From: Bacteroidales bacterium
GTDB taxonomy: Bacteria; Bacteroidota; Bacteroidia; Bacteroidales; NBLH01
Direction of reading: 5' to 3'
DNA: 64,000 nucleotides
Assembly: GCA_050291445.1 (NCBI GenBank)
Contig: JBNKJW010000091.1
Coordinates: 1,659 to 65,658 of the forward strand
Made by a program: the position numbers and the translations under genes. Each line of letters opens with the position of its first letter. The stretch's first letter is position 1. Below are positions 43,553 through 53,508 of this stretch, piece after piece. The notes beneath the pieces are model-generated. The model was not told the DNA's origin and did not search any database. It saw nothing but the letters and a program-made list of their open reading frames with translations.

Positions 43553-44827
43553 ATGCTGACAATTAAGATATTAAGAGAACAAAAAGACGAAGTTGTTAAA
43601 CGTTTAAAGATTAAAAATTTTGAGGCTGAAGCTATTATTAATGACATTTTAGAAGTTGATAATCAGCGCAAAGAGGTACAAACAAGTTTGGATAATTGTT
43701 TAGCAGAATCAAATAGTTTATCAAAGCAAATTGGGCAGCTATTTAAAGAAGGAAAGCAGCAAGAGGCAAATGCTGCTAAAGAACGTACGGGTGTTTTAAA
43801 AGCCGAATCGAAAGAGCTTAGTGCAAAATTAACCGAGCTTGAAAATAAGCAGAACGAATTGATTGTACAGTTACCAAATATTCCAAGCGAAGAAGTTCCT
43901 CCAGGAAAAGGAGAGAATGATAATGTAGAGGTGAAAAGTGCTGGCGATATACCTGAGTTGGGCAATAATAAATTACCTCATTGGGATTTGGCAAAAAAAT
44001 ACGATTTAATTGATTTTGAACTAGGTAATAAAATTACAGGATCAGGTTTTCCGGTATACAAAGGGAAAGGTGCCAGATTGCAAAGAGCCTTAATTACCTA
44101 TTTTTTAGATAGGGCTGTTGACGAGGGCTATTTTGAAGTAATTCCTCCTTTGATGGTGAACGAGGCTTCAGGTTTTGGAACAGGTCAATTACCTGATAAA
44201 GAGGGGCAAATGTATCATGCAACTCAGGATAATTTTTATTTAATTCCAACAGCAGAAGTTCCGGTAACCAATATTTTTAGGGATGAAATATTAAGCAGCG
44301 AAGACTTTCCTATAAAAAGAGTTGCCTATACTCCTTGTTTCAGGCGCGAAGCAGGCTCGTATGGTAAAGATGTTCGTGGACTAAACCGTTTACACCAGTT
44401 TGATAAAGTTGAGATTGTTCAATTGCGTCACCCATCAGATTCTTACAATGGTTTAGATGAAATGGTAAGCTACGTAGAGTCGTTGGTTAAAAGTTTAGGT
44501 TTGCCTTACCGAATTCTTAAACTTTGTGGTGGCGATATCAGTTTTACTTCAGCACTCACCTATGATTTTGAAGTATTCTCTGCTGCACAGGAAAAATGGC
44601 TGGAAGTAAGTTCTGTGTCTAATTTTGTTGATTATCAGGCAAATAGGCTTAAACTAAGATTCAAAGAAAAGGGTGAAAAGAAAACCCAATTGGCACATAC
44701 TTTAAATGGAAGTGCTTTAGCATTACCACGCATAGTCGCCGCTCTTTTAGAAAATAATCAAACTGCCGAAGGAATAAAAGTACCAGAGGTATTGGTTCCT
44801 TATATGGGGATTGATATGATTTCGTAA
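43553..44827 (+). CDS. serS: serine--tRNA ligase
   Basis: 424 aa. N-terminal coiled coil and class II motifs (FRREAGS, TLNGSALALPR). Confidence 0.95.
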   Translation: MLTIKILREQKDEVVKRLKIKNFEAEAIINDILEVDNQRKEVQTSLDNCLAESNSLSKQIGQLFKEGKQQEANAAKERTGVLKAESKELSAKLTELENKQNELIVQLPNIPSEEVPPGKGENDNVEVKSAGDIPELGNNKLPHWDLAKKYDLIDFELGNKITGSGFPVYKGKGARLQRALITYFLDRAVDEGYFEVIPPLMVNEASGFGTGQLPDKEGQMYHATQDNFYLIPTAEVPVTNIFRDEILSSEDFPIKRVAYTPCFRREAGSYGKDVRGLNRLHQFDKVEIVQLRHPSDSYNGLDEMVSYVESLVKSLGLPYRILKLCGGDISFTSALTYDFEVFSAAQEKWLEVSSVSNFVDYQANRLKLRFKEKGEKKTQLAHTLNGSALALPRIVAALLENNQTAEGIKVPEVLVPYMGIDMIS

Positions 44828-44905
44828 GATAATGATATATAAATTTTTTGGATGGGTGTTATTTTTTGGATGATGCCCATTATTGTTTTAATGACAAATT
44901 AAATT

Positions 44906-44913
44906 TACTTTTG
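44906..44913 (+). promoter_or_regulatory. candidate -7 box for the ATPase/nuclease-like operon
   Basis: TACTTTTG lies 27 nt before the ATG at 44940. Only a partial -33 (ATTG, ending at 44885) is present. Confidence 0.35.
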
Positions 44914-44939
44914 CTTAGTAATCAATGAACTAAAAGATT

Positions 44940-46226
44940 ATGAGCCTGATTTTTAAAATAAATGAACTTGGCCCGATAAAAAATACGCAATTTGAGTTTA
45001 AGCCATATTGTATTTTCACAGGTGAAAGTAATTTGGGGAAAAGTTATTCGGCTTTTTTAATTGCTGCCTTTTTTAAACTTATAGAGGAAGAGCATTTTAA
45101 AGTATTTGTTGATGACTTATATGATTTTACTAAGTTAAGTAAGACAATAGCTGAAGGTAAATCTGATACAATATTATTTGAGAGGAAAGGTTTTCAAGAA
45201 TATTTATACAAAAACATACCACAGCAAATTGCATACCTTACAGGAAATGAGTTGTTTGATTGTGATGTGGAAGTAGAAACTGAACTTGATGATATTATCA
45301 TTGAAGTTAATTCTCCGAAGAGTCGAAAATCATTACTTGGTAAAAATGTGCCATTTGTTACTGTTGATGGAACTATAGAAAAGATTGCTGAATCTTATAC
45401 TGAGCAAAATGAAGAAAGTCTTATTTCTTTTTTTCATATGAAGATTTATCGAGAACTCCTAAAAAGGATTTTTAAAAGAAATTGGTTGGGAACAATCATA
45501 TTACCTCCAGGGCGAGGGGCTGTTTACCCTTCATCATTTACAATGAAGAAGAATATTGCCAATACAGGCATGTATAATGATTTTTTGGAGAGGATGGATG
45601 AGGTTACTTCACCAAGTGCTTTAAAAAATGAGCATGATGAGTTAATTGATAAATTATTATTGGAGATTTTTCAGGGCAAGATAAGTGTTGATAAGGATAA
45701 ATTTTATTATGATTTTAATGGGCAAAGAATTCCCTTACAAGCAGCTGCTTCATCTATTAAAGAGTTGGCTCCGATGCATTTAATTTTGCAAAAAGGTAAT
45801 TTGAATGAAAAGTCTGTTCTACTTGAAGAACCAGAGGCTCATCTACATCCAAATCTACAAAGGAAAATCGCTTCGCTTTTAGCAGTTTTTATTAATAGGG
45901 GAGGTTTTTTACAGGTTACAACACATAGCGATTATTTCCTTAACCAAACAAATAACCTGATAAAAATGGCCGTTCTTAAGAAAAAGGAAACGGAAGGGTT
46001 TTCTGACTTAAAAGAAAAAGTTGAAAAGTACGGAATTCAAGAAGGAATGTATTTGGATAAAGAGAAAGTTGGTGCGTATTATTTTGAAAAGAGGGAGGAT
46101 GGTAGTGTTGAGATAAAAGAACAGAACTTGACCAAAGAAGCTATTCCATTTGATACGTTTGAAAAAACTGTAAATGGGATGATGGATGAGACTGATCTTA
46201 TTAATGAATCCTTTTATTCAGAATAG
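44940..46226 (+). CDS. ABC/OLD-type (AAA_15/AAA_21-like) ATPase with no fused nuclease domain
   Basis: 428 aa. Walker A is GESNLGKS. Walker B and the following motif are VLLLEEPEAHLHP. The H-loop is QVTTHSDYF. An insert of about 260 aa separates Walker A from Walker B. Confidence 0.85.
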   Translation: MSLIFKINELGPIKNTQFEFKPYCIFTGESNLGKSYSAFLIAAFFKLIEEEHFKVFVDDLYDFTKLSKTIAEGKSDTILFERKGFQEYLYKNIPQQIAYLTGNELFDCDVEVETELDDIIIEVNSPKSRKSLLGKNVPFVTVDGTIEKIAESYTEQNEESLISFFHMKIYRELLKRIFKRNWLGTIILPPGRGAVYPSSFTMKKNIANTGMYNDFLERMDEVTSPSALKNEHDELIDKLLLEIFQGKISVDKDKFYYDFNGQRIPLQAAASSIKELAPMHLILQKGNLNEKSVLLEEPEAHLHPNLQRKIASLLAVFINRGGFLQVTTHSDYFLNQTNNLIKMAVLKKKETEGFSDLKEKVEKYGIQEGMYLDKEKVGAYYFEKREDGSVEIKEQNLTKEAIPFDTFEKTVNGMMDETDLINESFYSE

Positions 46227-46227
46227 T

Positions 46228-46815
46228 ATGTTAGAAAAAGTCACTGAAATCTTTAAGGATGAATTTATTCTGCAAAGTACTGTTGATGAAATTATAATCG
46301 ACCTGAGTGAAAAAGGGGAAGATTGCAAGATAAAGCTTACCGGAGGACAATATATTGAACTAAGGGATGGACTTGTAGAGAGTTTAGGAAACAAGCTGTT
46401 AAAAGGTAAATTGGGAGAAAATTGCGATGCCATTATCCTAAATAAGTCAGAGGAAAATATAAACCTCTTTTTAATTGAGTACAAAAACAATATTGGGTTT
46501 AAGAATTTTGAGAAAATATGTAATCAATTAAATGCAACTTATGTTAAAACTTTAGCATTAATAAATATAGTATTCAAGATTGAAGATATAAATGTAATTT
46601 ACGTTTGTGTTGGTAAAATTCATGAAAAAGCACAAAAAGCTGTTTTATCTTCTAAAACAAACAAACCAAATTTGTTAAATCAATTGGTCAGAAAAGGTGA
46701 AACTTCAATAAAAGAGATCCCCTTCAGATTGGGTTTTTCTGTTAATGACTCCTTTCGAAAATCGAATGTGAATTTTGTACATTCAGAATGTGGGACTACT
46801 TCGCTTTCAATTTAG
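46228..46815 (+). CDS. small protein of unknown family with a D...ExK (PD-(D/E)xK nuclease-like) motif
   Basis: The start is taken at the ATG at 46228, 1 nt after the ATPase stop. The track ORF starts at 46186 inside the ATPase gene. The motif is GENCDAIILNKSEENINLFLIEYKNN, with D and ExK 17 residues apart. The nuclease assignment is motif-level inference only. Confidence 0.55.
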   Translation: MLEKVTEIFKDEFILQSTVDEIIIDLSEKGEDCKIKLTGGQYIELRDGLVESLGNKLLKGKLGENCDAIILNKSEENINLFLIEYKNNIGFKNFEKICNQLNATYVKTLALINIVFKIEDINVIYVCVGKIHEKAQKAVLSSKTNKPNLLNQLVRKGETSIKEIPFRLGFSVNDSFRKSNVNFVHSECGTTSLSI

Positions 46816-46908
46816 GGTATTTTTTAAGTGATTAAAATCATTTGCCCAACCGGTAAAATGGAATAATTTTGTCGGGATTTTACTATCTGTGTATTAAAAT
46901 TTAGAGCT

Positions 46909-48183
46909 ATGAGGAATTTATGGATTCTACTATTACTTATCACTTTTTCAGCTACTTCGCAGGTTAAGTTTGACGACTATTTTTTGCCAAAAACCCTTCG
47001 TTTTGATTATACCAGGGCTGGTGATGCTGATACCTCAAAGGTTTTTTTTGAACAGCTGAAACAAGAGCAATTTTGGGGAGGTTCAAAAACCAATTTAATT
47101 GACACTTTTCAGTATGGCGATTACATGCTTCAGGTTTACGATTATACTGGCGAAAAATTGATTTATTCAAGAGGTTACTCCTCGCTGTTTCGCGAGTGGA
47201 TTGATACAGAGGAGGCCAAAACTTTGCCCAGAAGTTATTATGGTTCGGTGGTAATGCCCTTTCCAAAGCATAAAATCACAATAAAACTGCAAAACAGAGA
47301 TAAAAAAAATGTGTTTAGGACAGTTTACGAGCTAAAAGTTGACCCAAATAATAACTATTTCATTGTAAAAGAAGAAGGCAATAAATATAAAACTGAAAAA
47401 CTACATGACTCAGGAGATCCTTCCATAAAACTTGATATAGCTGTACTGGCTGAAGGGTATACCCGCCAGGAAATGGATAAGTTCAAAAAGGATGTAGAGC
47501 GTTTTATAGGCTATTTTTTCAAAGTTTCGCCATTTAAAGAGAACAAAGATAAAGTAAACTTTTGGGCGGTTTATTCAGAATCGGAAGAATCAGGAACTGA
47601 TATCCCAGGGATAAATATGTGGAAAAAGACCGTATTAAATACCAATTTCTATACTTTCAACAGCGAGCGATATTTAACCACCCGTGATGTAAAGCAAATT
47701 CGTGACTTGGCTGCACATGTGCCTTATGATCAGATATATATACTTGTAAATAGTGACAAGTACGGTGGCGGAGGTATTTATAATTATTACAATTTATGCA
47801 CTAGCAACAACCAATATTCCGAAGAGGTTTTTACTCATGAATTTGGCCATGCATTTGCTGCATTAGGAGATGAATATCAATATGGTTACGAAAATGCAGC
47901 AGATATTTATGATATGAGTGTGGAGCCATGGCAAGTAAATCTGACCAATTTGGTTAATTTTGATAGCAAGTGGAAAGATTTGGTAGAGAAGGAAACACCA
48001 ATTCCTACTCGCGAAGAAGATAACTTTAAAGATAAAGTAGGTGCTTTTGAAGGTGCCGGTTATGTAAAAAAAGGTATATACAGGCCTGTTTATGATTGTA
48101 AAATGCGATCAAATTCAACAAAAGAGTTTTGTCCGGTTTGTTACAGGGCAGTTTTGGCATTTTTAAAGTTTTACACCGAATAG
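46909..48183 (+). CDS. M64-family (IgA-peptidase-like) zinc metallopeptidase
   Basis: 424 aa. Signal peptide and HEFGHAFAALGDEY zinc motif. Size and N-terminal domain are consistent with M64. Confidence 0.85.
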   Translation: MRNLWILLLLITFSATSQVKFDDYFLPKTLRFDYTRAGDADTSKVFFEQLKQEQFWGGSKTNLIDTFQYGDYMLQVYDYTGEKLIYSRGYSSLFREWIDTEEAKTLPRSYYGSVVMPFPKHKITIKLQNRDKKNVFRTVYELKVDPNNNYFIVKEEGNKYKTEKLHDSGDPSIKLDIAVLAEGYTRQEMDKFKKDVERFIGYFFKVSPFKENKDKVNFWAVYSESEESGTDIPGINMWKKTVLNTNFYTFNSERYLTTRDVKQIRDLAAHVPYDQIYILVNSDKYGGGGIYNYYNLCTSNNQYSEEVFTHEFGHAFAALGDEYQYGYENAADIYDMSVEPWQVNLTNLVNFDSKWKDLVEKETPIPTREEDNFKDKVGAFEGAGYVKKGIYRPVYDCKMRSNSTKEFCPVCYRAVLAFLKFYTE

Positions 48184-48193
48184 CAAATAGCAA

Positions 48194-48793
48194 ATGGAAT
48201 TAAATTTTTTGGATATCGTTTCGTGTTTTATGGTCCTGTTTGCAGTAATTGATATTACTGGTTCCATACCAATTATTATTGACTTAAAAGAAAAAGGTGG
48301 TAAAATTGAAGCAGCTAAAGCGACCATTGTAGCCTTTTTGATAATGATTGTGTTTTTATTTGCAGGTTCATCGGTGTTGGGATTATTTGGGGTGGATATT
48401 TCATCCTTTGCTATAGCAGGTGCAATGGTACTTTTTTTCCTGGCACTTGAAATGATTTTAGGCATTAGTTTGTTTAAAGATCACACTTCAGGAAGTGCTT
48501 CTATTGTTCCATTGGCTTTTCCTTTGATTGCTGGTGCAGGTTCAATGACTACTTTGCTCTCGTTAAGGGCTGAGTATGAGCTTTATAATATTATAGTGGC
48601 ATTGGTTTTAAATATGGTGGTTGTGTACATAGTTTTACGGCTTACCAGGTTTTTTGAACGTATTTTAGGCCAAAATGGGATTATGATTTTACGCAAAATG
48701 TTTGGTATTATTCTGTTGGCCATTTCAATTAAGTTATTTATGTCTAATTTAGCTGTTTCAATCGGCAAATTTTTCCCAAACCTTGTAAATTAA
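48194..48793 (+). CDS. MarC-family integral membrane protein
   Basis: 199 aa with about 6 TM helices. The N-terminal [14 protein letters not shown] pattern fits MarC/UPF0056. Confidence 0.8.
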   Translation: MELNFLDIVSCFMVLFAVIDITGSIPIIIDLKEKGGKIEAAKATIVAFLIMIVFLFAGSSVLGLFGVDISSFAIAGAMVLFFLALEMILGISLFKDHTSGSASIVPLAFPLIAGAGSMTTLLSLRAEYELYNIIVALVLNMVVVYIVLRLTRFFERILGQNGIMILRKMFGIILLAISIKLFMSNLAVSIGKFFPNLVN

Positions 48794-48794
48794 A

Positions 48795-49256
48795 ATGAGT
48801 AAAATTACAATTTATACCGATGGTGCGGCAAGAGGAAACCCTGGTCCGGGTGGTTATGGTGTGGTTTTAATGTCGGGCCCTCATCGAAAAGAGTTATCTG
48901 GTGGTTTTGCTTTAACCACTAATAACAGGATGGAGCTTTTGGCTGTGATTGTTGGCCTTGAAACATTGAAAAAAGCCAATAGTGACGTTACTATTTATTC
49001 TGATTCGAAATATGTGGTAGATGCAGTTGAAAAAAAATGGGTTTTTGGTTGGCAAAAAAAAGGCTTTAAGAACAAAAAAAACCCGGATCTTTGGAAAAGG
49101 TTTTTGAAAATTTACCCAAAGCATCAGGTAAAGTTTATTTGGGTAAAAGGGCATGCAAATATTAAAGAAAATGAGCGTTGCGATCAGCTGGCAGTTAAGG
49201 CTTCGCATCAAAGCAACCTACCGGATGATGTTGGGTATGTTTCTAATAATGAGTAG
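48795..49256 (+). CDS. rnhA: ribonuclease HI
   Basis: 153 aa. [29 protein letters not shown] and [15 protein letters not shown]. Confidence 0.95.
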   Translation: MSKITIYTDGAARGNPGPGGYGVVLMSGPHRKELSGGFALTTNNRMELLAVIVGLETLKKANSDVTIYSDSKYVVDAVEKKWVFGWQKKGFKNKKNPDLWKRFLKIYPKHQVKFIWVKGHANIKENERCDQLAVKASHQSNLPDDVGYVSNNE

Positions 49257-49267
49257 GCTGGCCTTTT

Positions 49268-50455
49268 TTAAGAAACTTGTTCTACCGGGATTTTTTCCAG
49301 GTTGTGCTGGTTGATTAACGGATTTGCGTAAATGCCTAAAAAGATGCGTTTTATAGTTTCCGGCTCTCCATCTATATTACCAATACATCCCATCATATGT
49401 TTGTTGAATGAGTTGAACTCTGCCTTGGTGTATTTATCAGCAAATTTGTTTGTTCCCGAAAGAATATCATAGGCAATATAACTACCTTCAAATAATTTGA
49501 ATCCTTTATGGATGCTTTTATCAATAATTTGAGCCAAACGAACATACTGATCGTTTTTGAACTTAATTGCGTCTAACTCATCTAATTCTTCATTTAATAC
49601 TTTGCCAAAATGAAAATGTACCCGCCCTTTAAAGCTTTCAAGACCTCCACTCATGCTTAATAAATCTTCTTTTGGATCTTTTATATAATTTCCATCCCGC
49701 AAGCGGGCATATAGTTCAACAGTTTTTGCTTTATCGCATGGCTCCACTTCATAAGAGATTGAAACAGGGACAAGTTTTATTTTTTTAAAATATTCAGCAA
49801 CTGTTTTTTTGCTGCTCATGTGGATCATTTTCAATAAGCCAGAGTGTGTGCTGTCATTCCCATTTTTTGTCCTGCCCTCTTTTTGGGCTATCCAAACCGA
49901 GTTTTTTTTCTCAAGCAGTGTGTATTTAATGTAGGAAGAGAGTTCCTTAGATGCTGCAAGCATTTCTTTAACCGGGAGGTTTCGCTTAACAACAAAACTT
50001 TTATTTAGTTTAACCAGCATCTCAATCCATGGAAATATCAATAAGTTGCTGCCAATTGCTATCTCAGTTGTTTTTATTTTATTTTCAAAGAAAATTACAT
50101 TTAGTAGTGCCGAATCAAGAATTATATCTCTGTGGTTCGACATAAATAAATATTTCTTATTTGGATCAATATTTTCAAGTCCCGAAAAACTAAGTTTATT
50201 AATGGTTTTATCTATGATAATTCGAAGGTAATAATAGACCACTTCTTTTTGAAACTCTTTGATTGTTGAAATTTTCCGGAGGTTTTTATTGACCTCAGAA
50301 AGATTTTGTTTTGGATAAACAATAGATAAAACTTTTTGAAAATCAGGCTCTTTGAGCAGTTGATTAATTACTTCCTTAATTTCACTATTGGTATATGGTC
50401 TTATTGATTGAAAATCGTTATCGTATTGCATAGTTGTTATTTTGGCAAATGACAA
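49268..50455 (-). CDS. lysophospholipid / glycerol-phosphate acyltransferase-family protein
   Basis: 395 aa. HX4D acyltransferase motif NHRDIILD, plus EGRTKNG. Confidence 0.75.
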   Translation of the reverse strand: MSFAKITTMQYDNDFQSIRPYTNSEIKEVINQLLKEPDFQKVLSIVYPKQNLSEVNKNLRKISTIKEFQKEVVYYYLRIIIDKTINKLSFSGLENIDPNKKYLFMSNHRDIILDSALLNVIFFENKIKTTEIAIGSNLLIFPWIEMLVKLNKSFVVKRNLPVKEMLAASKELSSYIKYTLLEKKNSVWIAQKEGRTKNGNDSTHSGLLKMIHMSSKKTVAEYFKKIKLVPVSISYEVEPCDKAKTVELYARLRDGNYIKDPKEDLLSMSGGLESFKGRVHFHFGKVLNEELDELDAIKFKNDQYVRLAQIIDKSIHKGFKLFEGSYIAYDILSGTNKFADKYTKAEFNSFNKHMMGCIGNIDGEPETIKRIFLGIYANPLINQHNLEKIPVEQVS

Positions 50456-50794
50456 ATAATAAACAGATTGATTTTTAGGATATTATACCTTCTTACAGCA
50501 ATTGTTTACCAGCCATGTTCAAAAGTTGCACAAAAGTATCAAAAATAAGGCGTAATTCATTGTAATCAACTTCTTTTTTCTGCCTAATTTTATATCAAAA
50601 CAATAAGCAATTCTTCAGAAAAATTGCTTATTATGCGATAGTCAGGTCTTTTAATAATTTAAATTACGAAAAAACTTCACCAAAATTAAATTCAATTTTT
50701 GATATATTAGATTGTGAGTGAATTATGTTGTGTAATTTTAAACAACATAATGTTTGAATGATTTCAAACGTTGATATTTATGTAAATTTGCAGT

Positions 50795-52624
50795 ATGAGA
50801 ATAAAAACAAAGTATTTGGCTTTATTGTTTTTGGCTTTTTTAAGCTTTAAGGTAGCAGGGCAGGAATCAAATGTGAGGTTGGCCTATCAGTATTATCAAA
50901 ATAATGAATATGAAAAGGCAGCTGTGCTTTTTGAGGAGTTGTACAATAAAAACAAGGCCAGCATTTATTTTACCTATACAATAAATAGTTTAATCAAAAT
51001 TGAAAGCTATGATAAAGCTGAAAAAATGATTAAAAAACAGATTAGGCGAGATAAAAAAAATATATTAAACTATATTGAGTTGGGCTATCTTTATAAAGTT
51101 AAAAAAGACCTGCCCGAAGCTGAAAAAAACTATAACTATGTAATCCGAAATTTGCCCGAAAATAAGAATGGTATTGTAAGGGTTGCTAACTCTTTTCTTA
51201 CCAAAAGGGAGTTTGAGTATGTAAACCAGACCTATGAAAGAGGACGAAAGTTAATACCTTATCAATTTCACCTTGAGTTGGCTAATTCATATGCTTATCA
51301 AAGAAAAAGCCAACAAATGATTGATGAATACCTGGATCTTTTAAAACAGGATCCGGCAAAGCAGTTGCTGGTTCAGAATAGTTTACAATCAAAAATGGTA
51401 GGTGCATTTGATGAAAATCTGAAAGAGATTGTAAAAAGGACTTTGATAAAACGAATTCAAAAAGAGCCCAGAGTATATGTTTATAACGAATTACTGATTT
51501 GGTACTACATACAACAAGAGAATTTTGGGAGTGCAATAATACAAGCAAAGGCGCTCGACAAAAGGAGAAAGGAAGGGGGGCTTAGGTTAATAGAGTTGGG
51601 TGAGTTGGCCTTGCAAAACAATGAATTTACAAATGCCCGTGAGGCATTTGAATATGTTTTAAAAAAAGGAAGTTCGTCACCTTTTTACATCGAAGCAAAA
51701 CTTGGGTATTTAGATGTACTTTACAAACAGGTTGAATTTGGACAAATAAAAGAAGGTGTTGATATAGAGGGCGTTGAGGCGCAGTATGAGGAGGTAATCA
51801 ATGATTTTGGCCATCAGACAGAGACTGTAAGATTAGTTAAAGATTTAGCTCATTTACAGGCATTTTACTTAAATAAAAGTGAAAAAGCGGTTGTGCTATT
51901 ACAAAACATTATTGAGGATAAAAGGCTGGATCCTTTATTTAAAGGTGTATGCAAAATTGAGCTTGGGGATATTCTTTTGTTAAGAAATGAGGTGTCTGAT
52001 GCTATTCTGGAGTTTGCCCAGGCCGCTAAAATGAACGAAAGCAATGAGGTAGGCGATAAAGCCAAACTCCGCAGGGCTACTTTGGCTTTTTATACGGGTA
52101 ATTTCACATGGGCACAGGCGCAGTTAGATGTGTTAAAAACGGGTACTTCAAAATTAATTGCCAACGATGCTTTTAAGCTTTCGATGTTAATAAAAGACAA
52201 TACTGGTGTAGATTCTGTTGAGACTGCATTGCAATACTATGCCCGCTCTGAGATGTATTTACAGCAAAATAAAGAAGACCTGGCATTAAAAACATTGGAT
52301 TCGTTAGAAGTGATGTTTAAAACCCATTCGCTGATTGATGATGTCCTTTATCTAAAAGCCAGAATTTATGAGAGACGAGGTAATTTAGAGAAAACAATTG
52401 TTTTTTTAGAGAAGATTGCAAAAGAATATTCTTATGGGTTATTGGGAGATGAAGCAACCTATAAGTTGGCTCAAGTGTATGATTATCAAATGAATGACAA
52501 GAAGAAGGCTCAGGAATACTATAAGAAAATAATCTTCGATTTTCCAGGAAGTATTTTTGTTACAGATGCACGAAAACGATTTCGATTTTTGCGGGGAGAT
52601 AAAGGAGATAAGCCCGGGTTGTAA
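50795..52624 (+). CDS. tetratricopeptide-repeat protein (secreted)
   Basis: 609 aa. Signal peptide and multiple TPR-like helical pairs. A TAAATTTG -7 box sits only about 6 nt before the ATG, so the leader is very short or absent. Confidence 0.8.
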   Translation: MRIKTKYLALLFLAFLSFKVAGQESNVRLAYQYYQNNEYEKAAVLFEELYNKNKASIYFTYTINSLIKIESYDKAEKMIKKQIRRDKKNILNYIELGYLYKVKKDLPEAEKNYNYVIRNLPENKNGIVRVANSFLTKREFEYVNQTYERGRKLIPYQFHLELANSYAYQRKSQQMIDEYLDLLKQDPAKQLLVQNSLQSKMVGAFDENLKEIVKRTLIKRIQKEPRVYVYNELLIWYYIQQENFGSAIIQAKALDKRRKEGGLRLIELGELALQNNEFTNAREAFEYVLKKGSSSPFYIEAKLGYLDVLYKQVEFGQIKEGVDIEGVEAQYEEVINDFGHQTETVRLVKDLAHLQAFYLNKSEKAVVLLQNIIEDKRLDPLFKGVCKIELGDILLLRNEVSDAILEFAQAAKMNESNEVGDKAKLRRATLAFYTGNFTWAQAQLDVLKTGTSKLIANDAFKLSMLIKDNTGVDSVETALQYYARSEMYLQQNKEDLALKTLDSLEVMFKTHSLIDDVLYLKARIYERRGNLEKTIVFLEKIAKEYSYGLLGDEATYKLAQVYDYQMNDKKKAQEYYKKIIFDFPGSIFVTDARKRFRFLRGDKGDKPGL

Positions 52625-52827
52625 AAAAATGCTATTCTAAAAACATGGAATTAAGATGCTGATTATGAGCTATTTGTTGTTTTTTTTGGAAGCTGTTTGG
52701 TTTTAGTGTTTATTGAAAATAGAAATGAAACCAGTGCCTTATATTTTTTTTAGGAGAATAGGTACTATACAAATAAATTCAGTACCTTTAAGTCTCGTTT
52801 TTGTAACACTTATTAAAAACCTCTAAA

Positions 52828-53472
52828 ATGAAAAAATTTGCTGTGGTACTTTCTGGAAGTGGCGTTTACGATGGAGCTGAAATTCACGAGGCCACAATGA
52901 CATTGTATGCTATTATGAAACATGGTGGAACCTATGATATTTTTGCACCAGATATCGATCAACATCATGTAATTAACCACATTACAGGCAAAGAAATGCC
53001 TGAAACAAGAAATGTTTTGGTTGAATCAGCAAGAATTGCTCGTGGAAAAATAAAAAACCTGGCCGATTTTGATGCTGCTGACTATGATGTTTTAATTTTT
53101 CCGGGCGGTTTTGGTGTGGCTAAAAACCTTTCGAGCCTTGCTTTTGATGGTGCTGATTGTACTGTTGATTTAGCTGTTGAGCAGGCAGTACTAGCCATGG
53201 TAAAAGAAACAAAACCAATTGGAGCTTTATGCATTGCGCCTGCCATGATGGCTAAAATTATCCAGGGAGCGCTGGTAACAGTTGGCAGTGACGAAGGAAC
53301 CATTTCAGCGATTGAAAAAATGGGAGGAAACCATCAGCTAACAACACATGGAGAAATAGTGGTTGATGAAGCTTTTAAATTGGTCACTACCCCTTGCTAC
53401 ATGTTGGATGCTAATATTTTGCAAATTGCAGAAGGCGCTGAGAATGTAGTAAAACGCTTACTTGAATTTTAA
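52828..53472 (+). CDS. elbB: ElbB-type DJ-1/PfpI-family protein (isoprenoid biosynthesis glyoxalase ElbB)
   Basis: 214 aa. KFAVVLSGSGVYDGAEIHE...DVLIFPGGFGVAKNLS...ALCIAP. Confidence 0.85.
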   Translation: MKKFAVVLSGSGVYDGAEIHEATMTLYAIMKHGGTYDIFAPDIDQHHVINHITGKEMPETRNVLVESARIARGKIKNLADFDAADYDVLIFPGGFGVAKNLSSLAFDGADCTVDLAVEQAVLAMVKETKPIGALCIAPAMMAKIIQGALVTVGSDEGTISAIEKMGGNHQLTTHGEIVVDEAFKLVTTPCYMLDANILQIAEGAENVVKRLLEF

Positions 53473-53508
53473 TGTAAATTCTAACATCTAATTTCTAAGT
53501 TATTTTTC

